A DNA stretch of 62,857 nucleotides from a bacterium (GCA_030689595.1 JAUYHP010000018.1:1-62857); one strand, 5' to 3'. Positions 32,768 through 41,976 are shown, numbered from the stretch's first letter. Numbers and translations are program-made. The notes: generated by a model not told the origin, from the sequence alone.

Positions 32768-32870
32768 ATTTCCTACCTCCCTATAAGTTGGTTGATATTA
32801 ACAAACTAGTAATGATTGTGTATGTGTTTTGGTATTTATGCCATTATGCCGCTCTTCTCCAAATAATATT

Positions 32871-33791
32871 TTACTCCAGCCCGGACAATGCTATAGCCAT
32901 CGCCTCCTCTAAAGATATATATGAGCTTGGCACACTGACAGAAACTGGGGCATTATAATCCTTGAAAATTACGACTAGATCAACGACTACCGGCACTGTT
33001 GCTCCAGCTAAAGAAAGCGTTATCTTATAAAGTAATTTATCACTCTTGCCAATCCAGATTTCACCTCCGATAGCCGGCATCACCGCAAACCCCTTATCAA
33101 TGCTGGCTTTGAGCGCGGCTATTTCTTTAGCAGTAAAAGCGCGCGATTGTGCTGTTTGAGTAATTTCAACTAGAAATTTGGATAGTGACTCCGTCTCTAT
33201 TGAAAATTTATAATGATAGACGTCTACTCCGCTGATTTCTTCGTCAGCCAAGACCTCGGTCACCTTAATGATGTCTGAATTCTTCAACGCTTGCTGCACC
33301 TGCTCTTTCTGCTCCTCAGTGTATTGAGTCTTGTAGGCACCGAATTGCTGTAAGTCTTCTAAGCCAAGCTTAATCCATAGCTTATTTAACGCTAAGATGG
33401 ATTCGTAACCAAAAGTTTTGAGCAGACTAGCCGCGCCGGATAAATCGGCTTTTACATAACTAGATCCGCCGGACAACACAAAATCCAAGGCCAAAGAAAG
33501 CGGAAAGCCGCTAGCTGGATTACTGTTGAAAGTAAAGGATGCCTTGCTTTTAATATTATCTGCGTCACTGGTATCGCCAGAGGCAGTGATGACCATAGAT
33601 GCTAACGCCCCACCCCGCAAATCTTTTATCTTCAAATCAACATTATAGGTGGCGGAATTTGTCTCATAAATACTGTCCCACATCTGGGCTATCACCGAAC
33701 TGGGAGATGTGCCGCCTGACCAATAGACACCGACGCCAACGGCCACTACCAATATCGCGATAGCTCCGATGATTATAAATCTTTTAGACAT
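32871..33791 (-). CDS. hypothetical N-anchored/secreted protein
   Basis: 306 aa with an N-terminal anchor (FIIIGAIAILVVAVGVGVYW). Confidence 0.4.
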   Translation of the reverse strand: MSKRFIIIGAIAILVVAVGVGVYWSGGTSPSSVIAQMWDSIYETNSATYNVDLKIKDLRGGALASMVITASGDTSDADNIKSKASFTFNSNPASGFPLSLALDFVLSGGSSYVKADLSGAASLLKTFGYESILALNKLWIKLGLEDLQQFGAYKTQYTEEQKEQVQQALKNSDIIKVTEVLADEEISGVDVYHYKFSIETESLSKFLVEITQTAQSRAFTAKEIAALKASIDKGFAVMPAIGGEIWIGKSDKLLYKITLSLAGATVPVVVDLVVIFKDYNAPVSVSVPSSYISLEEAMAIALSGLE

Positions 33792-33817
33792 ATTATCTAT
33801 TTTTTTATTAATTAATA

Positions 33818-34594
33818 TTATTTAGGCTGGACTCGTACTTTAATATGTATCAATTTCCATTCTTGGCGCTCATATATATAGCCCAGCTCGAAATAAGCAT
33901 CGGCAGTCTCCGAGGGATAATGGCCTTCCAAAACCAACGCCCTATTTGAATCGAACGACGGCGCATCATCAAAGACTGGCTCCACGCCATCAACATAAGA
34001 AAGATCCAATTGATTATCGATAAATGTTTTGAAGGCTGAATTTAGATCAGCAACCGTAAGAGTCTTTCGCCAAAACCTAGATACCGAATCATAGAAATCA
34101 TCAAAATCCCCACCAGCAACAGCATCGGCAAACAAAGCCATGGTGTCGTCGACGAGCTCAATCAAGTCATCATTCGAAGGCATATCTGCTGTAGGCACCT
34201 TTAACGCACCATAGCTGAAATCATTGACCCTCCATTGGTCATCTGCTTTAACGAGCTCATAAACTACATCGGCTGTGAACCCATCTACCGTCACAATCAT
34301 GCCCCTAAGTATAGACTCCATATCTGATGTATCTGCCGAAGCCCATTCAGCATAGTCATATTCGGTGGCCGCCGGTTGATTGTTGAACAGATTCTCCAGC
34401 ACCGATAGTGGCGCCTTGTTTTTGGCGGCGTCAGATAAGCTGTCATAAGCCGCTTGCAAGTCGCCATCTCTCAGCAAAACTAAAAAATCTTCGGCTGCTT
34501 GTTCTGGCCCGCCAGTAGACTTATTGGTCATCGCAACACCAACGACAGCACCCACGACAACCAACGCCACTAAAATTATTATGTATTTCTTCAT
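33818..34594 (-). CDS. hypothetical N-anchored protein, paralog of the next gene at its N-terminal domain
   Basis: 258 aa. After the anchor it shares GPEQ..E.F..L..GD.Q.A.D.LSDA.K with 34608-34976. Confidence 0.4.
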   Translation of the reverse strand: MKKYIIILVALVVVGAVVGVAMTNKSTGGPEQAAEDFLVLLRDGDLQAAYDSLSDAAKNKAPLSVLENLFNNQPAATEYDYAEWASADTSDMESILRGMIVTVDGFTADVVYELVKADDQWRVNDFSYGALKVPTADMPSNDDLIELVDDTMALFADAVAGGDFDDFYDSVSRFWRKTLTVADLNSAFKTFIDNQLDLSYVDGVEPVFDDAPSFDSNRALVLEGHYPSETADAYFELGYIYERQEWKLIHIKVRVQPK

Positions 34595-34607
34595 TCTACT
34601 GCTTATT

Positions 34608-34976
34608 TTAGGCTCCCTTGCCTACTTTCCACTTACCACCCTCCTTCACTAACGGCAATGGGAAAGTTTCCAAGCCAGAGCCAGCTACCGATATATTCAC
34701 GGTTGCCACATCCCCATTAATAACTGCATCGCCAACTATTAGATCGCCTAGTAACCCAAATACACCAAAAACCGTTTTGAATTCCTCTAAGCTACTACCC
34801 ACTTTACCAGCATCTGACAAATAATCATCCCAAGCTGTTTGGAAGTCGCCCGCTTTTACCAAAGCGAAGAACTCTTCTACGACCTGCTCCGGACCTGGAC
34901 CACTAGACGATGACAAGAACCATACTGCCCCGCCAATTACTACCACGACCAATAAACCGATTAATACTTTTTGCAT
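34608..34976 (-). CDS. hypothetical N-anchored small protein (DUF4878-like by feel)
   Basis: 122 aa. The anchor is followed by GPEQVVEEFFALVKAGDFQTAWD and the protein ends VKEGGKWKV. Confidence 0.45.
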   Translation of the reverse strand: MQKVLIGLLVVVVIGGAVWFLSSSSGPGPEQVVEEFFALVKAGDFQTAWDDYLSDAGKVGSSLEEFKTVFGVFGLLGDLIVGDAVINGDVATVNISVAGSGLETFPLPLVKEGGKWKVGKGA

Positions 34977-35117
34977 AATTTATTTAGTTAATTATTAATA
35001 ATACAATTATAGCACTCTCGAGATAATTTGCACTTTTATTTTATACACAACTTGTATTTAGGCAAAATAATGGCGTATAGTTAAGCCATCGGTCGAAATA
35101 ACAATCTAGATAAAAAT

Positions 35118-35309
35118 ATGCCAAATTTTGAAAATCCCGATCGCTCGTTAAATAAAGACGAAGTTGAAAAAGAATTAGATGAAGCTCGCAAAGAAATGGG
35201 AGAGCTACAAGCTAAGGCCGAAAACGGAGAAGAGGTAGACCAACAAAAAATCAAAGAAATAAGAAATAAAATCGATAATTTAAACAGGTTGCTGGGTAGC
35301 GATCTGTAA
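35118..35309 (+). CDS. small charged coiled-coil protein
   Basis: 63 aa, Glu/Lys rich. A clean terminator (aaaaccgcc...ggcggtttt) follows at 35313-35345. Confidence 0.35.
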   Translation: MPNFENPDRSLNKDEVEKELDEARKEMGELQAKAENGEEVDQQKIKEIRNKIDNLNRLLGSDL

Positions 35310-35345
35310 CTAAAAACCGCCACGAGGACTCTCGGGGCGGTTTTG

Positions 35346-36185
35346 TTAAAGCACGCCAAAAACTTTTTTGTTGGTTTCAAAAACAGTAGCCACAACATCA
35401 TCATAATCTATGCCTTTAATCTCGGCCAATTTACGAGCAGTTTCTATTATATAAGATGGCTCGTTACGCCGCCCGCGATATGATGCCGGGGCGACATAAG
35501 GCGCATCAGTCTCCAGCAGAATTCTATCTAGAGGCATACATTTGATGACTTCGTCGTAGTCACGAGCGAAGGTAATGACCCCACCGAAAGTAAAATAAAA
35601 ACCAGCTCCCAATAATTTTTGGGTAACGCCCAAAGAACCTACATAGAAATGAACTATGGGCAATATCTTGAGCTGACTTCTGGCCACCAATAAATCCTCA
35701 TAGGCGTCGTCGCTACCCTTCGACGGGCGACAGTGTATCATTAATGGCTTATTTACTTCATTGGCTATTTGAACTTGTTGAAAAAATATGTCTATCTGTT
35801 GTGACTTATTTTTTAGATTGTCTTCTCTCTCGCCCACTAATCGATAATAATCAAAACCGCACTCACCAACAGCTACCACTTTTGGGTGGGTGGCTAATTT
35901 TTTAAATTCGCTGGCGTCAAATTTTTCTGGTTCAGCGTTAGATTGCTCTTTCTCGTCGTGATGCCAAGTTGTCGATCCAATGTGGGACGGATGGAAGCCA
36001 ACAGCTGCCCAGACATCGTCAGGATATTTTTCAGCTAACTCTATAGCTGACTTTGATGTTGAAAGCTGAGTGCCAACGGCGATCATTTTCACATTAGCTG
36101 ATTGAGCGCGCTTAATAACCTCATCACGATCATTGTCGTAAGCTGGAAAATGGACATGAGTATGAGAATCGAAAATTGATGGCAT
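35346..36185 (-). CDS. TatD-family metal-dependent hydrolase
   Basis: N-terminal DSHTHV motif and the conserved His/Glu/Asp pattern of the TatD family. Confidence 0.9.
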   Translation of the reverse strand: MPSIFDSHTHVHFPAYDNDRDEVIKRAQSANVKMIAVGTQLSTSKSAIELAEKYPDDVWAAVGFHPSHIGSTTWHHDEKEQSNAEPEKFDASEFKKLATHPKVVAVGECGFDYYRLVGEREDNLKNKSQQIDIFFQQVQIANEVNKPLMIHCRPSKGSDDAYEDLLVARSQLKILPIVHFYVGSLGVTQKLLGAGFYFTFGGVITFARDYDEVIKCMPLDRILLETDAPYVAPASYRGRRNEPSYIIETARKLAEIKGIDYDDVVATVFETNKKVFGVL

Positions 36186-36252
36186 AGTGATTATATGACT
36201 CCGGCGTTGCAGCTGGAGCCACTACATCCGATGCATTGTCAGAGCGTCGGGG

Positions 36253-36280
36253 TTGACAGATTTATTGTATCTGCTATACT
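36253..36280 (+). promoter_or_regulatory. consensus sigma70-like promoter of the large GC-rich RNA
   Basis: TTGACA (36253-36258), a 16-nt spacer, then TATACT (36275-36280). Confidence 0.6.
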
Positions 36281-36286
36281 TACCGT

Positions 36287-37003
36287 TATCAACCTAGGAC
36301 TTTGAAAAACATGGATGCTGTAGCCATCATGCCGCAGCTGACGAGGACGCTTCTAAGGGGACGTTTTTCTATCTGCGTGAACCCCTTGATTGCTGCAGCA
36401 TCCACCAATATTGGTCAACTCATGGTCAGAATCGGATAGGCCTTTCAGGTGATCCGACAAAACAGCGCAAGCTGGCGATCAGCATTGACCTCTAGGGCCT
36501 GCACCCGCCTGCCACCACGAGCTTAACCACAGCTCACCTGCGCCGAAGCAGCGGGTGCGGGCCCACCATATTAATAAGGGTCTGTAGTTTAATCAAAAAC
36601 CGCTCCTTAGGGGGCGATGTCGACCTACGAAATCGACCGGACCCACCACCAAAACTTGCCCCACACTTGCCACGCCTAGTCTCACGAGCCAGGGTACGCC
36701 TTGGATGAGCTAGGGCCAAGTGTGGGGCACCAATTCATGCCCCCATCGTCTAAACCTAAGATCTCCGTTATAATATAACGGAGGAATGCAGGTCGTGAAT
36801 CCTGCTGGGGGCTCCAATAAAAGGCGGAGCGAGGGCACAAACGCCCTCGAATTGCACGCGGGCACAGGCGCACTCAAGGCTTCGCCACAACACTGGCGAC
36901 AGCAGTTGGGTGATTGCATCGGAACTCCGAGGGACAGTTCCGCTCTCGCTCCGCCCCCATCACAAGCCTCGATACGTTGGATGACGTATCGAGGCATTTT
37001 TTT
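36287..37003 (+). ncRNA. unclassified large structured RNA candidate (about 715 nt)
   Basis: The region has no credible ORF and is GC-rich relative to its flanks. Long-range helices: 36313-36323/36393-36403, 36495-36508/36551-36564, 36658-36669/36717-36728 and 36823-36833/36945-36955. It is bounded by a promoter and a terminator. Confidence 0.5.
36966..37003 (+). terminator. intrinsic terminator
   Basis: 12-bp stem gcctcgatacgt/acgtatcgaggc followed by a T7 run. Confidence 0.8.
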
Positions 37004-37116
37004 ATTCACTTCTCAATATAAACAATCCCGCGATCGACCACTTGCCCACCATAGTAAAATCTTTTAAGATGCTAGTAGATTTTTGATAATCGATTTCGAC
37101 TCGAAAGGAGAAACAA

Positions 37117-37785
37117 TTGGTGGCCAAAAAGGCTAAACGATACTGGGATCTAGTACTAACTGATTGGGATGGCACTTTGCACGATAGTATGATGCTATAT
37201 TATGGCAGCGCTATTAAAATCTTTAAACATTTTGGCCTAAAACCACCATCTCTCGAAACTTATCGAGAAGAAATCTCCTCTGATTATATGGAGTCATTTT
37301 ATTGGAAAAATGGTGTGCCACGAGATGCACCTATGGATGTGTTAAATAAAATTAACTTCCGGTTTTTCCGCAAGCACTGGAACGAGGCTAGATTGCATAA
37401 TGGGACCAAGGATTTTTTGAGGACTTGTCAAGAATTACAGATACCAGTGGTTATTGTTAGCGCCGGCGCAACTTCAGTCATCATGCATAAATTGGTTGGT
37501 TCTAGAATTAATAATTTCATTGATGATATCAGAGCCGATATCCGTGGCAATAAAACATCTATTCTACAAGAAATTCTTGGGCAACGCGGCATTGCTCCTA
37601 GTAGATCACTATTCATTGAAGATTCTTGTGACGGCATTGAATCCGGAAAAGAAATTGGTATAAAAACAGTTGGCTGTACCTATGGCTTCCACACCCCAGA
37701 GCGCATAATCGCCACCAAGCCTGACCTTGTTATTGATGATGTGCGCCAAATGGTGAACGTCATCAAAAATGGGAGGCTACTATGA
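37117..37785 (+). CDS. HAD-IA family phosphatase (phosphoglycolate phosphatase-like)
   Basis: TTG start with an AAGGAG SD. Motif I is TDWDGTLHDS, motif II VVIVSAG, motif IV FIEDSCDGIESG. Confidence 0.75.
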   Translation: MVAKKAKRYWDLVLTDWDGTLHDSMMLYYGSAIKIFKHFGLKPPSLETYREEISSDYMESFYWKNGVPRDAPMDVLNKINFRFFRKHWNEARLHNGTKDFLRTCQELQIPVVIVSAGATSVIMHKLVGSRINNFIDDIRADIRGNKTSILQEILGQRGIAPSRSLFIEDSCDGIESGKEIGIKTVGCTYGFHTPERIIATKPDLVIDDVRQMVNVIKNGRLL

Positions 37786-38357
37786 AAGCGCTGATAGCTT
37801 TGACTAGTGAACAATTAGGCGGCAAAGAAACTGCTGGTAAATGGTTGATTGAGCTAGCTAAGCAAGATGGTTTTACCGTAAGCCAACATCGTTTTTCCGA
37901 TGTCCTCAATGATATTTTAGCACTACTTGATATTGATAAGACAAGATCGAATCTGCAGCAACTAGCCGCAGCACTTGATGACGCCTTCGGCAAAGGCACG
38001 ATAACCAAAGCTGTGAAAGCTAGGTTCGAAAATGATAATGCCGTGATATTAATTATCGACGGCGTGCGTTGGCCAAGCGATGAGATTATGGTGCGCAATA
38101 TAACTAACTCTATCCTGATCTATATTACCGCCGATCAGCATCTGCGCTGGCAAAGAACGCGCCAACGCTGTCGCAGCGGTGAGGAAAATAAAAGCTTGGC
38201 CGAATTCTGCCAAGATGAATTGGCTAGAACTGAGGTGGATATTCCACAAATTGGTTCTCGAGCTGACATAAAAATAGAAAACAATGGAACGCTTGAAGAA
38301 TTCGATGCTAAAATTGAATCACTCTGGCAAGACATAAAGCGACGCTTCAGATTATAA
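37782..38357 (+). CDS. hypothetical P-loop kinase-like protein (degenerate Walker A)
   Basis: 191 aa with LGGKETAGKW near the N-terminus and an IIDGVRWPSDE segment reminiscent of dNMP-kinase-type folds. Its start overlaps the HAD stop (ATGA). Confidence 0.35.
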   Translation: MKALIALTSEQLGGKETAGKWLIELAKQDGFTVSQHRFSDVLNDILALLDIDKTRSNLQQLAAALDDAFGKGTITKAVKARFENDNAVILIIDGVRWPSDEIMVRNITNSILIYITADQHLRWQRTRQRCRSGEENKSLAEFCQDELARTEVDIPQIGSRADIKIENNGTLEEFDAKIESLWQDIKRRFRL

Positions 38358-38410
38358 ATGACACAACCCCATCAAAATTGATGGGGTTTTTAATATTAAA
38401 ACACAAGCTA

Positions 38411-38439
38411 TTGACATAAAACTATAAGCAAAATAATAT
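38411..38439 (+). promoter_or_regulatory. sigma70-like promoter of the second GC-rich RNA
   Basis: TTGACA (38411-38416), a 17-nt spacer, then TAATAT (38434-38439). Confidence 0.5.
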
Positions 38440-38445
38440 TTCTAT

Positions 38446-38705
38446 GTGGCTTTGCTAGGCGCTCGAGTGCGCATCTAGAGCGTCATAGCAGGGGAGAACT
38501 TCGGTGGACGATAGAGCTCTGTCGCGATCTCGCCCAGCGAGACCGGCAGCCTAGCTAAACAGTAGAGAGCGGCCTGCTCGTATTGCTGCCTAGGTATGCT
38601 GGAGCAACCATCTCTCGGCTAAGCGCTAAACGGCCAACAAGCGCTACCCATCTCCTCTCTTTTTTATATTCTATAGCACCGCTCCCACAAAATGTGGGAG
38701 TTTTT
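38446..38705 (+). ncRNA. unclassified GC-rich small RNA candidate (about 260 nt)
   Basis: ORF-free, GC-rich stretch with local hairpins (e.g. tctcgc-cca-gcgaga at 38528-38542). A promoter lies upstream and a hairpin plus T-run at 38682-38705. No plus-strand gene lies downstream. Confidence 0.3.
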
Positions 38706-40179
38706 ATAATCTAGGGAATAGATTCTCTGCTTTGTTTAGTTTCAATTTCCCAGCAGAGCTCCAAGATATGCCTTGAGTTATCTTTTCGGCTGTTGATGGC
38801 ATAAAGGGCTGCAATAAAGCAGCGACGTTATCTAATATCGTCACGGCATTAAAAATCATCTTTCTCTTGTCGGCATCACCTACATCAGCCGACCAAGGCT
38901 TTTTATCGTTAACATATTTATCTCCACAGCTTATCAATTCCCAGATGCCAGCCAAGGCTTCGTGTAATTTGAACTCTTTTATTTTGAGGCCGACCAATCC
39001 TTTGGCCGCGACAATCTTATCGGCTATTTCTTTATCAATCTCTATTTCTGAAAGTTCCCCTAATTTTTCGCCCAATGTTAAAACGCGCGCTGCAAAATTA
39101 CCTAACCCGTTAGCTAAATCGGCATTATAGCGTTCCTCAAATTTGGCAAAGGTGAAATCGCCGTCATCAGTTGATGGAATTTCACGTAGTAAAAAATACC
39201 GAGTCGCATCCACGCCATATTTTCCAATCACCTCAAAGGGGTCAATAATATTCCCTAAACTTTTAGAAATCTTTTGTCCGTCAATAGTAAAATAGCCATG
39301 TACCAAAATCTTTTTAGGCAAACCAATGCCAGCCGACAACAACATAGCCGGCCAATATATAGAATGAAAACGATTAATGCCCTTGCCGATGACATGGATT
39401 ATCTCATCGCCTTGCTGCCAATATTTTTTGAATGCCCCACCATCATCGGCATAATCCAAAGCGTTGATGTAATTTGATAAAGCGTCAAACCAAACATACA
39501 TCACTTGGCTATCATCGTCAGGAACCGGCACGCCCCAATCTTTAGCGCGCTCACGCGAACGGGAGATGCTGAAATCCTCTAGGCCATCTCGGATAAAAGC
39601 CAACATTTCATTTTTTCTACTTTTCGGAACTATCTTTAATTTATCAGAAGAAATAATATCTTCTAATCGCTTTTGATAATTAGAAAGTCTGAAAAAATAA
39701 TTCTCCTCGGCAACAGATTCCAATGCTTTGCCGGGATGCTCTTCACATTCACCATTTATCAAATCTTTAGTATTCTTAAATTCTTCACAACCCAAACAAT
39801 AGAAAAGCCCGCTGTATTTCTTTTTATATATGTCCTCCGGCCGACACGATCGCCATATTTTTTGGGCACCAGCTAAATGACGCTGGTCAATAGAAGTTCT
39901 AATAAAATCGTTGTTGGAAATATTTAAGTCTTTCAAAAGTTTTTGGAAAATATTAGCGTGCTCGCCTACCCATTTATCAACTGACACGCCAGCCGCTTCG
40001 GCTGCTTGTACATTCTTTAAAGCATTGTCATCAGTGCCGGATACGAAAAAAGCGTCTTGACCATGCTGTCGCGCCCAACGCGCCAAAACATCGGCCTGTA
40101 CAAATTCCAAAGCATGACCGATGTGGGGAGCGGCGTTGACGTAGGGTATTGAGGTAGAAATGTAAAATGTTTTGGCCAT
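38704..40179 (-). CDS. metG: methionyl-tRNA synthetase (short form)
   Basis: HIGH (APHIGHA), KMSKS-like KISKSLGN, and a CxxC zinc knuckle. Confidence 0.95.
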   Translation of the reverse strand: MAKTFYISTSIPYVNAAPHIGHALEFVQADVLARWARQHGQDAFFVSGTDDNALKNVQAAEAAGVSVDKWVGEHANIFQKLLKDLNISNNDFIRTSIDQRHLAGAQKIWRSCRPEDIYKKKYSGLFYCLGCEEFKNTKDLINGECEEHPGKALESVAEENYFFRLSNYQKRLEDIISSDKLKIVPKSRKNEMLAFIRDGLEDFSISRSRERAKDWGVPVPDDDSQVMYVWFDALSNYINALDYADDGGAFKKYWQQGDEIIHVIGKGINRFHSIYWPAMLLSAGIGLPKKILVHGYFTIDGQKISKSLGNIIDPFEVIGKYGVDATRYFLLREIPSTDDGDFTFAKFEERYNADLANGLGNFAARVLTLGEKLGELSEIEIDKEIADKIVAAKGLVGLKIKEFKLHEALAGIWELISCGDKYVNDKKPWSADVGDADKRKMIFNAVTILDNVAALLQPFMPSTAEKITQGISWSSAGKLKLNKAENLFPRL

Positions 40180-40198
40180 GGTAACGATAATAGCTTAT

Positions 40199-41029
40199 TT
40201 AAACCAATAATACTAAACCGCCGGCCAAAGCCAAGCCCATGACAATTTTTATCATAAAATGGGTTTCAAAAAAATAATGACGACCGGAAATAATACCGGC
40301 CAACACCGCAGCAGCCCGTTTGGCCGCCATGGCAATGCTGGGATTGCCCAAACTGATGGCAAATGCCTCCAAGGCTGAAGCTACGCCATGAGAAGCTCCT
40401 TGACCTAAAAATATTTTATGGACTAAAAATTTAAACGGATTTTCTCTGGCGACTAATAGTGACGCAAAAAAGAAATACACCAAGAGAATTAGCGTCACCA
40501 CAATCTGTTCGCCCTCCACCGAATTAAAATTAGTAACGTTATATTTAAATAAAGAGATGGTAATCACGGCGTTAAGCGCCGTAAATAATGCAAAACCTAT
40601 GCCACCGGTTTTGATGATGTGCTTGGTAAGAGCGATAACTACCACCAACAATATTACGCCGATGCCAAACCATTGCCACAATCCGACGCTAAAACCCAAG
40701 AACAAGTCAACCATCAACAGAACCGGGATGGTTAGGTTGCGCACGAAGGCGTAAGTGCTGCGGTCAGCTTTCATAATCGCCCACATCGTTACCTGCAATT
40801 GTACGATCTCTAGAAGAACCCGAGGTATAAATGTCGGCAAAGATGCCGCGGCAAACACAAAGCTGTCACGCACTAAGGCCAAGACTGTGAAAACAATCAC
40901 CGCAAAACACAAATTAATAAAAGCCGCCGTGTAAATGCTTTCTTTTTTATGGACCGTCTCAAACTTTATTATTGAGCCGGATATCTCTTCAATAAAACTG
41001 CCGATTGTGGCGAATAATACTGTAAACAT
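40199..41029 (-). CDS. multi-pass membrane protein (DMT/EamA-like)
   Basis: 276 aa with about 9-10 hydrophobic helices. Confidence 0.4.
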   Translation of the reverse strand: MFTVLFATIGSFIEEISGSIIKFETVHKKESIYTAAFINLCFAVIVFTVLALVRDSFVFAAASLPTFIPRVLLEIVQLQVTMWAIMKADRSTYAFVRNLTIPVLLMVDLFLGFSVGLWQWFGIGVILLVVVIALTKHIIKTGGIGFALFTALNAVITISLFKYNVTNFNSVEGEQIVVTLILLVYFFFASLLVARENPFKFLVHKIFLGQGASHGVASALEAFAISLGNPSIAMAAKRAAAVLAGIISGRHYFFETHFMIKIVMGLALAGGLVLLV

Positions 41030-41061
41030 CGGTTGGTTAGCTAATTAATTAGTAAATTGGT

Positions 41062-41961
41062 TTAATGGATTAATGATTTGATTTTAGCAAGATTTTTCTG
41101 GAATGATTCCCGAGTTTTCGCCTCGAGATTAAGACGCAACAGATTCTCGGTGTTGGACGGACGTAAGCTAAACCACCAATCGCTAAATTCCATTCTCAAT
41201 CCGTCTAATCGCGATATTTTATCAGCTCGTTTTTGATAATTCTGTTCCAGCCCGTGGAGAACGGTCATTTTATCATCAATCTTGAAATTTATCTCTCCAG
41301 AGCAATAATATCGCGGCATCTCATCTATCCAAATAGCTAAATCTACTGGCAGGCTGGCTGCGGCGTTTATGAATTCTATTGCTCCTAAAATACCCGAATC
41401 CCAGACAGCATCACGAAAACGAAAATAATAATGGCCAGAGATCTCAGCACCAAATCTAATCTTCTTCTGCGTCATAAGTTTTTTTACGAAATAGTGTCCG
41501 ACGCGCGAATTAACAACCTTCTTGTCGTCCGCTTTAATGATTTCTCTAGCTAGATAACCATGACGCACATCTAAAACAATTGGCCCTTTGAATCTCTGGC
41601 TTATCAAAGCCGATGTTATGTCACCGCTGACGAATCTTCCTCGGCTATCAAGAAAAAATACTCGGTCACCATCGGCATCAAAGATAGCTCCTAGATCTGC
41701 CTTCCGCCCATGAACGGCCTGTCGCAAATCATTAAGCGCATCCTTGGCCATAGGATCGGGGCCGTGGGCCGGAAACCGCCCATCAGGTTTTTCATTGATC
41801 AAAAATATTTCTAATTTCCCACTAACTAAATTTCTCAATATCTTGATGACTGCCCCAGTAGTCCCGTTAGAACAATCAAAAACTACGCGTAGTTTCCTGC
41901 GCGGCTGTAGGTGCTTTGCCAGAAAATCGACATAAGTTTTGATATAATTCGTCTTAGCCAT
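41062..41961 (-). CDS. phosphomannomutase/phosphoglucomutase, domains II-IV fragment
   Basis: FDADGDR metal-binding loop and C-terminal RPSNTE phosphate-binding loop. It is in frame with 41977-42396, separated by one TAA plus 15 nt. Confidence 0.75.
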   Translation of the reverse strand: MAKTNYIKTYVDFLAKHLQPRRKLRVVFDCSNGTTGAVIKILRNLVSGKLEIFLINEKPDGRFPAHGPDPMAKDALNDLRQAVHGRKADLGAIFDADGDRVFFLDSRGRFVSGDITSALISQRFKGPIVLDVRHGYLAREIIKADDKKVVNSRVGHYFVKKLMTQKKIRFGAEISGHYYFRFRDAVWDSGILGAIEFINAAASLPVDLAIWIDEMPRYYCSGEINFKIDDKMTVLHGLEQNYQKRADKISRLDGLRMEFSDWWFSLRPSNTENLLRLNLEAKTRESFQKNLAKIKSLIH

Positions 41962-41976
41962 GAATAACCTAGTAAC

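Noticed and set aside
36287-37003. The large RNA being RNase P RNA, tmRNA (including a permuted two-piece form suggested by the internal ...GGGCCCACCA followed by GGGGGCGAUGUCGAC), SRP RNA or a group II intron.
   Set aside because: There is no GGAAAGUCC-type P4 motif, no canonical 7-nt T-loop, and no acceptor pairing between the GGGGGCG segment and the strand preceding ACCA. I also found no tag reading frame ending in Ala-Ala-stop, no helix-8 GGAA/AGCAGCC arrangement and no domain V hairpin. This judgement is by eye only, so a covariance-model scan is still needed.
36534-37067. Four overlapping ORFs (61-99 aa) on both strands inside the GC-rich region.
   Set aside because: They are mutually overlapping and lack SD sequences. 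One runs through the intrinsic terminator, and long open frames are expected by chance in GC-rich sequence. The region is better explained as structured RNA.
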